Of a stretch of 40,641 nt of DNA, positions 1 through 8,693 are shown piece after piece. The position numbers were made by a program, and so were the translations under genes. Where the stretch lies: NCBI GenBank assembly GCA_038257655.1, contig JBBSJC010000003.1:1-40641 (forward strand). Reading direction: 5' to 3'. Position 1 is the first letter of the stretch, and each line of letters starts with the position of its first letter. Source of the DNA: Polyangiales bacterium (GTDB lineage Bacteria > Myxococcota_A > Polyangia > Polyangiales > DASUME01). Under the pieces are notes generated by a model. That model searched no databases. It was not told where the DNA came from and was given only the letters and a program-made list of their open reading frames with translations.

Positions 1-1088
1 CCCGTCAGCATTTCGAGTTGGTAGCCCTGGCAGCGCGCCTGCCTTGCCACCTGCACCGCGCTGAGCTCGCGCAGGGGGCCACGTGTCACGGCAAAGGCCG
101 CGATTTGTAGGGCTGCGAGGCCACACACGAGCAGCCCTAGGGTGCCGTTTAGCGCGAGGATCGCTGCGAGCGAAAGCAGCATCATCAAGCCGTCGAGGCC
201 GCCACTCAACACCGCCGACGTCAGGATCTCCCGGATCATCACGTTGCTGTTCAGGCGCATGATCAGGTCCCCTGCCGAGCGACGCTGAAAAAACGCGTAG
301 GGCAAATCGACCATGCGCTCGAGCAGCCCTAAGGTCAGATCGGCATCGAAGATCGTGCGCAGGGCAAGCAAGAGGTGACCACGAACCAGCGAGGCCAGCA
401 GTTGAAATGCGAGTAGCAGCGCGAATGCGACCCCGACCACACTCAGGAGGTGCGCATCGGCGCGCGGCACGATGCGGTCCACCACCGTGCCGGTGAACAG
501 CGGCGCAGCAAAGGCTATCAATTGCAGGAAGGTGGACAGGATGAGAATGCGCTTCCACTCGCCCGCTGCCGCGAGCAAACGCAGGAGCAGACCGCGCGCA
601 GTGGGAGGCACTCCGTCGGCAGTTTGAAAGTTAGCGCCCTTTGCCAGCGTAAGCGCGACGCCGGTGAAGCTGCGTGACACCTCGGCGAGGGGGACAAACG
701 TCCGGCCAAAGGCGGGGTCGACGATGTCGATGCCTTCGGCACGTACGCGCTCGAGCACGACGAAATGGTTGAAGCCCCAGTGCAGGATCGTGCCTGGCGC
801 CAGCTGGTCGAGCGCCGACAGCTCGACGCGAACGCCGCGCGCCCGCAGGCCGTAGTGCCGCGCCGCCAGTGCGATCGCCTGCGCGCTCGTCCCGTCGCGG
901 CCCACGCCGAGTGTGTCTCGTATCTCCTCGCGCGGCGTCGGACGGCCGAAGTAAGCGAGCACCATCGAAAGGCACGCGACGCCACATTCGGTGTCCGTGA
1001 GCTGTTGCATGTACGGGATGCGCGCGCTGCGGCCGGCAGCTTGCAGTCTGCGCAGCGCGGCATGGCGAGAGGATAAGTCTTTGATCAT
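1..1088 (-). CDS. lanT: Peptidase-containing ABC transporter (C39 peptidase + transmembrane domain), lanthipeptide maturation/export; truncated by the left window edge
   Basis: Not in the ORF track because it has no stop in the window. Manual translation from ATG at 1088 (ATGA overlap with the upstream stop): MIKDLSSRHAALRRLQAAGRSARIPYMQQLTDTECGVACLSMVLAYFG...ILHWGFNHFVVLERVRAEGIDIVDPAFG, containing the C39 Q/Cys/His/Asp residues, followed by hydrophobic ABC-TM helices. Confidence 0.93.
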   Translation of the reverse strand, partial: MIKDLSSRHAALRRLQAAGRSARIPYMQQLTDTECGVACLSMVLAYFGRPTPREEIRDTLGVGRDGTSAQAIALAARHYGLRARGVRVELSALDQLAPGTILHWGFNHFVVLERVRAEGIDIVDPAFGRTFVPLAEVSRSFTGVALTLAKGANFQTADGVPPTARGLLLRLLAAAGEWKRILILSTFLQLIAFAAPLFTGTVVDRIVPRADAHLLSVVGVAFALLLAFQLLASLVRGHLLLALRTIFDADLTLGLLERMVDLPYAFFQRRSAGDLIMRLNSNVMIREILTSAVLSGGLDGLMMLLSLAAILALNGTLGLLVCGLAALQIAAFAVTRGPLRELSAVQVARQARCQGYQLEMLT

Positions 1089-2062
1089 GGCCCAACTCCG
1101 GCGAGAGCGCGCAGGCCAGGCACCAACGCAAATATCAGACGCTGGGAGCGCACGCGCGCCTCGCCCACGCCGGCCATTCCGTCCCGCAGGTCGTACTCCA
1201 CTCCGTCCACCGTGAACTGCTCGTCTGGCATCTTGGCTTCGATGAGCACAAAGGAGCCGTCGAGCGGTACGGTATCCGCGAGCTCCGGACCGAGGTAGCG
1301 CCTCACCACGGCGGGGCCGACTACCTGGGAGCCCACCGACGCTATCACTAGCTCTTGGTAGGAATACTTATACCCGGTGACTTCAAAGCGCAGCGGCATG
1401 CCGGGACGCAGCCGCGGCTGAGCATGACCAGGCAGCATGGTAATCAGCGTGCGTTCGGCGCGGTCGTCCCACAGCGTGACGACGACATCGCCCGGGGCGA
1501 GGCGCTGGCCCTCTCGAATGCGCACGTCGCCCACCACGCCGTCCTGGGGCGCGCGAATGGTAAGCTCCGCGAGACGACTACGCGCGAGGTCTCTTTCCGT
1601 AGTCAGCGTGGCCACTGCGGCGCGTGCTTCGCGGTCGCCGGGGTAACGCAGGGTGCGCGCAAGCGCGAGCTCTAACGCGGACTCCACCTGGGAAAGCTCC
1701 GCCGCCTCGCGGGTTGCGTGAAACTGAGCGAGCACTGTGCCGCGCGCCACGCGCTCGCCGGCGCGTACATTGACTGTGCGGACCGTGGTGGCAAGCGTTG
1801 CGGTAAGGTCCACGCGGTGCTCGACCCATACCACCGAAGGTCCGCTCGCATACTCATCGATGCTGACAAAGGTAAGGATCAGCGCGGCCGCGACAAAGGC
1901 TGCGACGAGCACCCAGTACGCTGCGCGCGTCCAGATCGGCGACAGGTGCAGCACCTCCCCTGTGCCCCTTTCGCCGCCACTTGCGTGTTTGAGCGCTTCG
2001 GGACGGAACAGGCCGAACCCTTGCGCTTCGGAGCGCGCGTTGGGTGGTGCGTCCTGGGTCAT
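1085..2062 (-). CDS. HlyD-family membrane fusion (secretion adaptor) protein
   Basis: N-terminal LFRPEAL and a TM helix (WVLVAAFVAAALILTFVSI); lipoyl half-motifs VRAGERVARGTVLA and IRAPQDGVVGDVRIREGQRL around a coiled coil; C-terminal LRDGMAG; directly upstream of the ABC transporter. Confidence 0.88.
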   Translation of the reverse strand: MTQDAPPNARSEAQGFGLFRPEALKHASGGERGTGEVLHLSPIWTRAAYWVLVAAFVAAALILTFVSIDEYASGPSVVWVEHRVDLTATLATTVRTVNVRAGERVARGTVLAQFHATREAAELSQVESALELALARTLRYPGDREARAAVATLTTERDLARSRLAELTIRAPQDGVVGDVRIREGQRLAPGDVVVTLWDDRAERTLITMLPGHAQPRLRPGMPLRFEVTGYKYSYQELVIASVGSQVVGPAVVRRYLGPELADTVPLDGSFVLIEAKMPDEQFTVDGVEYDLRDGMAGVGEARVRSQRLIFALVPGLRALAGVGP

Positions 2063-2988
2063 GGCCCAACCTTACGGAGTGTCACGCGCACCATCTCGCC
2101 GACGAGCGGGTCCACTGACTGAGCGGCGAGCGTCGCCTCGATCGCGATCGTGCGCGACGCTGCGTCGACTTCGGGCGCGATGCGCACGATCGTTGCGCGC
2201 AACGCGACTGAAGGTGTTTGAACCGCGACCTCTGCTCCCGGTTGCAGTTGGCTTGCGACCTCCTCCGGTGCGGCAAACCGCACGAATCGGCCACCATCGC
2301 CGACGATCGACACGAGGGGCGTTTGCATGTCGACGCTTGCGCCTGGGTCGGCGTAGCGGCGCGCGATCACACCCGCAAAAGGCGCGCGCACCTCCGCTTC
2401 GGCATGCACCTGCTGCAGCCGCTCGAGCTCCGCTATGCGCGCCCCACGCTCTGCGCGAATCCCCGCGATGTGCAGTCGCGCAGCTCGCTCCTGATGCTGC
2501 GCCGCCTCGGCCTCCTCTTCGCTGATCAGGGAGGACGAGAGCAAGCGTTGAGTGCGCTCGCGACGGGTGAGCTTGGCCGCAGCGTCGAGCACGGCACGTT
2601 GTTCTTCGACACGGATGGCTCGCAGTGCCGCACGGGCTTTGGGCACATCGAAGCGTGTGACCGTCACGTCGAGGGCGCCGAGCACCTGTCCTTCGCGCAC
2701 GCGGTCGCCGAGTCTTACGTTCATGGCGCGTAGTCGCCCCTGATAGCGCGGTGCCACCTCCGCCATGCGCTCGGCGAGGATCACGCCCACCATCGAAACG
2801 CTCGCGGCGGCAGCGGGCGCAGGAGTGCGTACGGGAGCCGGAGTGTGCACCGCGGGCACCCGCCTCAGATGTTGCTGCGGAAGCCCTTTCGCGCGACTGC
2901 CTGCGCGCGCACCGCCATTGACCACAGCCATGGCCACTCCCGTGGACAGGAGTAGCGCCGCAAGCCCTAGCGTACCGCCTCGTCGCAT
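2059..2988 (-). CDS. Second membrane fusion protein (RND/ABC periplasmic adaptor subunit), 309 aa
   Basis: Start re-assigned to ATG 2988 (TGATG overlap with the lanM stop). Hydrophobic N-terminus MRRGGTLGLAALLLS, then VRLGDRVREGQVL, VRAPFAGVI and RIAPEVDAASRT adaptor motifs. Confidence 0.85.
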   Translation of the reverse strand: MRRGGTLGLAALLLSTGVAMAVVNGGARAGSRAKGLPQQHLRRVPAVHTPAPVRTPAPAAAASVSMVGVILAERMAEVAPRYQGRLRAMNVRLGDRVREGQVLGALDVTVTRFDVPKARAALRAIRVEEQRAVLDAAAKLTRRERTQRLLSSSLISEEEAEAAQHQERAARLHIAGIRAERGARIAELERLQQVHAEAEVRAPFAGVIARRYADPGASVDMQTPLVSIVGDGGRFVRFAAPEEVASQLQPGAEVAVQTPSVALRATIVRIAPEVDAASRTIAIEATLAAQSVDPLVGEMVRVTLRKVGP

Positions 2989-5900
2989 CAGCCAAGCTCG
3001 CGAGGCGGTGGATCGAGCATCAGCACGGAGGGGATGCGCTGGGGGTCGACCACCCGCAACAACCCATAACCAATGCCCGCAAGGCCCGTGAGCAAGCCCG
3101 GCGTTTCGATACGATGCGGGTTTCCGCAGAGCGGACGCACGCGTACATTGTTCGCGATCGCAGAGGCGAGTCGGGTGGCGTATTCGCGCGACCCGGCGCA
3201 ACCACGGCGTTCAGCGTCTGCGAACAGCAGCTCGAGGTTACCGAGGTCACCATGACACAAGCAGTGGCTAGCTCCGAACCCCTCTGCGCGTGTGGTCTCG
3301 ACTGCGATAGTAAGGTCCTGTTCGAGGGCGGGAGAGCTTTCGCTGCGTAGCGCCTGTACGCGCGCAAGTCCGATCCCGGGCGCGCCGTTACACCAGGACA
3401 TGGAGCAGCGTGCAGCGCCGAGCTCCATGCGCAGATCACGCCAGTTGCGCGACGCTTCACAGTACAACGAACGCTCGTAGGCGAACGCGCCTTGCGCAGC
3501 AGCCGCAAAGCGCGCTTCACCCGAGTACCGCGCGAGCGCGAGCAATGACGCCGCGATACCGGAGCTACCGTGGGCGTAGCCTCCAAGCGGCGGCGTGTGG
3601 GCACCCGCATGACGCCAGGCAAGGCCGCCCGCGAGCCGCTCACTGTGCGCAAGCAGGTGATCGCCACAGACGATGGCGAGGTCCGCCGCGCGACTGTCGC
3701 TAAAACCTAACGCCTGGGCGAGTAAGGCGCGAATGGCGCCAGCGGAGCCCGCGATCACGTCGAAGTCACGATCGTGTGCGATGCCGGCTTCGATCGCGTC
3801 GAGGGCAAACGTGATAGCTTCGCGAGGCACGCAGCCATCCCATACCTTTGTCAGATGGGCGAGTGTGAACAGCAGACCGCCGTGACCATCGAAGGCACCA
3901 ATACGCTGCGTCCCACCCTCGTCACCTGGCCGGCGCGACTGGCGCAGCCGTCGCAGGCAGGATGTGAGCACCTCCTGGGCCAGCTCGGTGTAGGAGGGCT
4001 CACGCGCGCAGCGACCCAACATCGCAAGGAAGAGCGCAATCCCCAGGTTGCCCTCGCCGAGACTCGTTCCAGCCGCGGCGATTTCCCAGCGATCAGCGCG
4101 AAACTGCAGGCCCAGCCACTCTAAGTCCGCACCGCGCCGCAGCGCGAGCGCAGCCAGACGCTCAGCGAGGGCGCAGGCCGTCGCCACCAGTGACTCATCC
4201 TGTTTTGCAGCCTGCGCAGCCGCTGCGTCGAGTACGGTCGGCACGTACTGCTTGGCCCGGAGGCGCTCGGCATCACCTTCTGAGCCGAGCGCAGTGAGCG
4301 CGCTCTGCACCAACCAGCGCTGCCTTGCACGCTCAGCCTGATCGAGCGCTTCAAGCTTGTTGATCACGGTCTGCATCCCGGACATGGGAAAGAACGACGC
4401 GATAACTTCGCCTGTGCTCGTGACTAAGTCGCATGAGGACGCACTCGTACTGAAGTACGGCACGTCTCCGTTCCATAAATCCTGGCGCTCGGCTGAGATG
4501 ACACGGGTCAAAGAGGGTCGGTCGCGCGCTCCAAGCCACAGGCGGTCAAACGCGTGTTCGCGATCGATGGCGTCGCGGAGCAGGTCCGGATGGAACGTCT
4601 CGCGCAACAGGACTGCGTACACCTCCGTCGGGCGCAGCACCGCGCGCACTGGATCATGGGCAAAGCGGGCAATCGCGCCACCCGGGGCCAGGAGCGCGTC
4701 ACGATGCCGCGCAACAAGAGCGAGCGTCGCGTCAAAGGCAGCGCAGAAGGTCTGTTGATGCATGAGAGCCGATACGGGCTCTCCTTCGAACGTGGGCCGA
4801 TGGCTAGTCGGCGCTGTGGACACATACTCCCGTTGGCGCCGCAGCTGATCGGTGCCGTGTCCCTTCCAAACCGGGACTTGCACCTTCCACTTACCTTCCC
4901 CTGAGCCAAGACCCGAATGACAAGCGAGCCCGTTGCGCGCGGGCTCTGGCAACAAGCCAACGCGCAACACCGAGTCTGCCATCACGGCCGCAACTGCGTC
5001 GGCTGCGACTGGGAGCTGTTCTGGGTCTTGGTGAAAGAGAGCTTCGAGGTCGAACAGAATCGGATGCTCGCCGCACGCGATAATATTTTCGCAATGCAGG
5101 TCGGTGCCGTGCAACACGTGGACGAGGGCCAGCAGAGCGCCCTGGCGAGCGTAGAAACGTGCGACCTCGTCCATCGTTGCGCAGGGGGCCGCCTCCACGA
5201 ACGCCATCCAGCCGTGGCTGCCCCGATCGAGCAGGCGTGGACTTCGCAGCTCGGGAACGAGCTGCTGCGTATCGTGCGCATTGACCCACGCCAGCAGCTC
5301 TGCGAAGTGTGCGTCGACCGCCAGGGAGCGCGGTTTGTAGACCAACTTCGCCCCATCACTCAGATGGAGCACTGCCACAGCGCGTCCTCCGCGATGGGTG
5401 TCGCCGCGCCCTAGGTCAGCCGACAGAAGTACAGGACATGGCGCGAGCAGACCCGCGTCGATCAGCGCAGGAGCGTCGGTGATCAGACGTGCGACAAGCT
5501 CGACGGAAGAGCGTTGCCAAGCATCGAGCTGCGTCTGCACCTGCCGAGCAAGCACGGGATACTCGCAAAGCAGCGCCAGCGCCGCGCGTGGTCCGGTCAA
5601 ACGCGCAACGAAGCGCGCAAAGCGCTTGGCCGATGCGTCGCTTGAGTTATCGCAGCTTGTATCGCGTAGTCGCGCGACCTGAAGCTCAAGCGCCAGCGTC
5701 GGACGGAGCATGCGCAATAGGCTCTGATCGAGCGTGTGGGCAAGGCTTGCCTCCAGGGCTTCTGCATCGACGCGCAAGGCCCCTGTGTGCTGAAGCAAGC
5801 CGCTCAGAGCCGAACGAAAACCGCAGCGGCAGCGGTCGACGAGCGGTGCGATGAATGCAAGCAGCCCCCTCTCCAAGTCCAGCTGAGCGTTCCGCGGTGC

Positions 5901-6212
5901 GTCAACAAACGCGTCTTCGATACGCGAAGCCCAGTCGACCGCGGCAGAGGTTTTGTGCGCGCCGTCGAGGAGGCTAGTAAACGCCGCGCAGGTGAGATCA
6001 TCCGCGGCGAGGCGGCGCGCAAACCAGGCATCGTCTTCAAACGGCGCTTGCGCGCGCCATGCCGCGAGCTTCGCGTGCGCGCGAGGGCTGGGCCGCGGCT
6101 TGACACTCATGTCTCTGAGCGCAGCTGCGCGTTCTACAAGCGTCGCGGCTCTTTCCCATGCGCCAGAAGACGATAACCTGTCGAGAGACGGCGACGGCGC
6201 TCGGTGCGGCAT
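2988..6212 (-). CDS. lanM: Class II lanthipeptide synthetase LanM (dehydratase + LanC-like cyclase)
   Basis: Dehydratase motifs VYKPR, DLHCEN, FDLEALF, RAVLRPTEVY; cyclase motifs GYAHGSSG, SWCNGAPG, CLCHG, GLLTGLAGIG (Cys-Cys-His zinc ligands). 1074 aa. Confidence 0.96.
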   Translation of the reverse strand: MPHRAPSPSLDRLSSSGAWERAATLVERAAALRDMSVKPRPSPRAHAKLAAWRAQAPFEDDAWFARRLAADDLTCAAFTSLLDGAHKTSAAVDWASRIEDAFVDAPRNAQLDLERGLLAFIAPLVDRCRCGFRSALSGLLQHTGALRVDAEALEASLAHTLDQSLLRMLRPTLALELQVARLRDTSCDNSSDASAKRFARFVARLTGPRAALALLCEYPVLARQVQTQLDAWQRSSVELVARLITDAPALIDAGLLAPCPVLLSADLGRGDTHRGGRAVAVLHLSDGAKLVYKPRSLAVDAHFAELLAWVNAHDTQQLVPELRSPRLLDRGSHGWMAFVEAAPCATMDEVARFYARQGALLALVHVLHGTDLHCENIIACGEHPILFDLEALFHQDPEQLPVAADAVAAVMADSVLRVGLLPEPARNGLACHSGLGSGEGKWKVQVPVWKGHGTDQLRRQREYVSTAPTSHRPTFEGEPVSALMHQQTFCAAFDATLALVARHRDALLAPGGAIARFAHDPVRAVLRPTEVYAVLLRETFHPDLLRDAIDREHAFDRLWLGARDRPSLTRVISAERQDLWNGDVPYFSTSASSCDLVTSTGEVIASFFPMSGMQTVINKLEALDQAERARQRWLVQSALTALGSEGDAERLRAKQYVPTVLDAAAAQAAKQDESLVATACALAERLAALALRRGADLEWLGLQFRADRWEIAAAGTSLGEGNLGIALFLAMLGRCAREPSYTELAQEVLTSCLRRLRQSRRPGDEGGTQRIGAFDGHGGLLFTLAHLTKVWDGCVPREAITFALDAIEAGIAHDRDFDVIAGSAGAIRALLAQALGFSDSRAADLAIVCGDHLLAHSERLAGGLAWRHAGAHTPPLGGYAHGSSGIAASLLALARYSGEARFAAAAQGAFAYERSLYCEASRNWRDLRMELGAARCSMSWCNGAPGIGLARVQALRSESSPALEQDLTIAVETTRAEGFGASHCLCHGDLGNLELLFADAERRGCAGSREYATRLASAIANNVRVRPLCGNPHRIETPGLLTGLAGIGYGLLRVVDPQRIPSVLMLDPPPRELG

Positions 6213-6250
6213 GGGATAAGGTCCTGGTAGCGATGGGAAATAGTAGGAAT

Positions 6251-6299
6251 GTGAAGAGACACGCCCGGGTGCGTGCTCGGGCGTGTCTCCTTACTTCAC
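6251..6299 (-). terminator. Stem-loop between lanA and lanM (partial terminator or mRNA stabiliser)
   Basis: Perfect 12-bp stem GAGACACGCCCG (6256-6267) / CGGGCGTGTCTC (6278-6289) with a 10-nt loop, plus outer GTGAAG/CTTCAC pairing. It begins just after the lanA stop and has no long U-tract. Confidence 0.7.
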
Positions 6300-6304
6300 T
6301 CGAA

Positions 6305-6502
6305 TCAGCAGCAGGGACCCTGCAGTGTGCCATTGTAGGAGCGCGTTAGCATCATCCTGCCGCCGCTGGCAGCAAGCAGCTCGTCGTCGCTCAGACTGAC
6401 CACGCCGGCAGCGCTGACGGGGAGGAGCGCGCGCTCTTCGGCGGTCAGACCGGCGCGATAATCTGCATCCTTCAAGGCACGGGCGATATCGATATTGTTC
6501 AT
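6305..6502 (-). CDS. lanA: Lanthipeptide precursor, mersacidin/lichenicidin-type leader with double-Gly cleavage site
   Basis: Leader MNNIDIARALKDADYRAGLTAEERALLPVSAAGVVSLSDDELLAASGG (DI-RA-KD--YR--L and LSDDEL---GG), then a Ser/Thr/Cys-containing core RMMLTRSYNGTLQGPCC; immediately upstream of lanM. Confidence 0.92.
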   Translation of the reverse strand: MNNIDIARALKDADYRAGLTAEERALLPVSAAGVVSLSDDELLAASGGRMMLTRSYNGTLQGPCC

Positions 6503-6710
6503 GATGATCTCACTTTATTAACGGTTAGCAATGCACTTCATTGCGACATAATTGCCGCATGAACATCTTAAACCCCCGCATTACTAATACATGCGTCGAT
6601 GGGTGCAATAAGTACGTCTTATATGCCTTGAGTATTCCAACGCACGAGATAGGCAACAGAAACACCCTGTGAATTAATACCCGTCTTGCAGAGGCAGTAA
6701 TATTAGGAGC
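6503..6710 (-). promoter_or_regulatory. AT-rich lanA promoter region containing the palindrome GCAATG-N5-CATTGC (6528-6544)
   Basis: Visibly AT-rich compared with flanking genes; inverted repeat about 25-40 nt upstream of the lanA ATG; a weak GG-N10-GC element (CGGCAATTATGTCGCA, minus, 6557-6542) overlaps it. Confidence 0.45.
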
Positions 6711-7004
6711 TCCCTCAATCCGACACGCAGGAGGCGTGGCAAAGGCGCCATTGAGAGCGTCGGCGATAGGCAGAGTCGGCGGCCACGATAAATGTGACGC
6801 CCTCGACGCCGTGGGGCGCGGGTTTTCCGAGATTCGTCGCGAAGACGAGCAATCTTACCGTCCGTGCGCTGGCAGTCTGAAACAGCCACAGCTCGGCCAA
6901 CTGCGACTTGTGTCTTAAAAATAGCTGACATACATGCTTCCCATCAGCGCGAGCTAGAATGCTTGCTCGGGCTTCGGTCCGACACGAAAGGTTGTACCGT
7001 GACC

Positions 7005-7664
7005 ATGATTCGAGCTTACGTTCTCAGCGCCGCGCTGCTTTCAGCGTTCGCATGCACCGACGAGCCCAGCAAGTCCGATCGGGATGGTGGCGCAGAGGCT
7101 AAGTCTGACGCTGGCCCTGAAGGAAGCGACGGGGGCTCCACCCTCATGTGTGACTTTGGCAAGGTCCCCTTCAAGGCCGACGATGCATGCAAGTCATGCA
7201 TGCTTACCGAGTGCTGCGACAGCGTAGAAGCGTGCGACGCGAATGAGGATTGCGTCGGCCTTCGCGTATGTGGCGGAAAGCCCGATTGTGTGGGGGACTG
7301 TTGGGAGCAGTGCATCGCCGAAAACCCAACTGGCCTTCCCGATCACGCGGTGATGCACGCATGCATGGGCCACCAGTGCACTGAGGTCTGCGAGGCCCAA
7401 GTCGAAGATTGCGGCAGCCTTACCTACGACCCTCCCAGCTGCAACTCGTGTATACGCCAGAACTGTTGTGAGCAGGGTTATCAGGCCGGGATTACCCGCG
7501 ATTTCTGGCGCTGGTACCGGTGTGCTATCGCTTGTACAGAGGATTCGTGCCTCGAGCAGTGCGCCTGGGAGTATCCCAAAGGCCATGTCGCGGCCATCCC
7601 TCCGAACAACTGTGCTATCGAGCACTGCTCGGAGCTCTGCGCGCCACAAACAGAATCCCCCTGA
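7005..7664 (+). CDS. Cys-rich lipoprotein with two tandem disulfide-rich repeats, 219 aa
   Basis: GAAAGG RBS upstream (GTG 6999 is an alternative start); signal peptide MIRAYVLSAALLSAFA-C; DGG/DAG linker; two CxxCxxxxCC...CxEQC..ExPxG...CxxxxCxExC repeats. Confidence 0.8.
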   Translation: MIRAYVLSAALLSAFACTDEPSKSDRDGGAEAKSDAGPEGSDGGSTLMCDFGKVPFKADDACKSCMLTECCDSVEACDANEDCVGLRVCGGKPDCVGDCWEQCIAENPTGLPDHAVMHACMGHQCTEVCEAQVEDCGSLTYDPPSCNSCIRQNCCEQGYQAGITRDFWRWYRCAIACTEDSCLEQCAWEYPKGHVAAIPPNNCAIEHCSELCAPQTESP

Positions 7665-7722
7665 GCGAGAGCGCGGCGTAAGCAACCAGAAAGCGCGTAG
7701 TCGCGAATGACGCGCCGAGTGC

Positions 7723-8502
7723 TTACCCGAGAGCGACATCGAGCACCATCATCAGCGCAAAGCCCGCGACGAGCCACAGCGTCGCCAAGCGCTCTCTTCC
7801 TGCTGCGTGCGTTTCCGGAATCACCTCGCCCGAGATCACGAACATCATCGCGCCGGCCGCGATCGACAGCCCCCAGGGCAAGGCAGCGGCACTGACGCTG
7901 ACGGCGAGCGCTCCGAAAAGCCCGCCTATGGGTTCGACCAGGCCGGTGAGCAGCGCGATGCCCGCGGCGCGCGTGGCGCGGGCGCCGTCGCTTAGCAGCG
8001 CGGCTGCGACGGCAAAACCCTCAGGTATGTTCTGTAGGGCAATACCGATCGCGACTGCCAGACCGGTCTCGGCGTCGGCTGCGTACGCCACGCCCACGCT
8101 CATGCCCTCTGGCAAATTGTGAAGCGTGATCGCGAGCACGAACAGGGTGTGCTTGCCGAGCTTGGCGCTGCCGGGCCCCTCAGGGCCTTTGCCCTTGTGC
8201 TGGTGGGGCGTGGCTGCGTGCAGGCCCCAGATGCCGATCGCGCCGAGCAGCAGGCCGCCTGCAACCGTTAGCACAGCGCGAAGCTCGCTTCCGCCGGCTT
8301 CCTGGACGCTGGCGAGCGCGGGCACGATCAGGGAGAACACGGTCGCGCCGAGCATCACGCCGGCCGCGACCGACAACATCATCACGCGCGTGCGCTCGCT
8401 CCAGCTGGACCGTACGAGGATCGGCAGCGCACCAATCCCAGTGCACAAACCTGCTGCCAGGCTCGCTAAAGTGCCTGCCAGCACCATGGGATAGGACGCC
8501 AA
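7723..8502 (-). CDS. ZIP-family (ZupT/GufA-like) divalent metal transporter
   Basis: AAGVML, HQH loop, AITLHNLPEGMSVG, IALQNIPEG, AAGAMMFVISGEVIPE. Start is TTG 8502 (GGAGG 10 nt upstream) or ATG 8487. Confidence 0.93.
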   Translation of the reverse strand: MASYPMVLAGTLASLAAGLCTGIGALPILVRSSWSERTRVMMLSVAAGVMLGATVFSLIVPALASVQEAGGSELRAVLTVAGGLLLGAIGIWGLHAATPHQHKGKGPEGPGSAKLGKHTLFVLAITLHNLPEGMSVGVAYAADAETGLAVAIGIALQNIPEGFAVAAALLSDGARATRAAGIALLTGLVEPIGGLFGALAVSVSAAALPWGLSIAAGAMMFVISGEVIPETHAAGRERLATLWLVAGFALMMVLDVALG

Positions 8503-8693
8503 GTTGTGTGATCCTCCATGCAGAGAGTAGCCCGTGCGCCGACCATGCGACAATCTGCGCGCGAGGGCGCGCCTGAATGCCCCGACTATCCGGTGCAGAT
8601 ACCGCCTCCGGCCAAGGCCCTTAGCTCGGTACGGGCACGCATGGACGCGCGAAAGGCGCAGCCGTCACAGCCCCCTCCAACTGAGCTTGTCTG

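Noticed and set aside
2989-3201. Extension of the 380-aa adaptor ORF into lanM
   Set aside because: It overlaps the lanM 3' end in another frame; the TGATG-coupled ATG at 2988 gives a proper hydrophobic N-terminus.
6674-6931. Short minus-strand ORFs upstream of lanA as extra precursor peptides
   Set aside because: No double-Gly leader and no convincing Ser/Thr/Cys core or RBS; at most an unidentifiable gene remnant.
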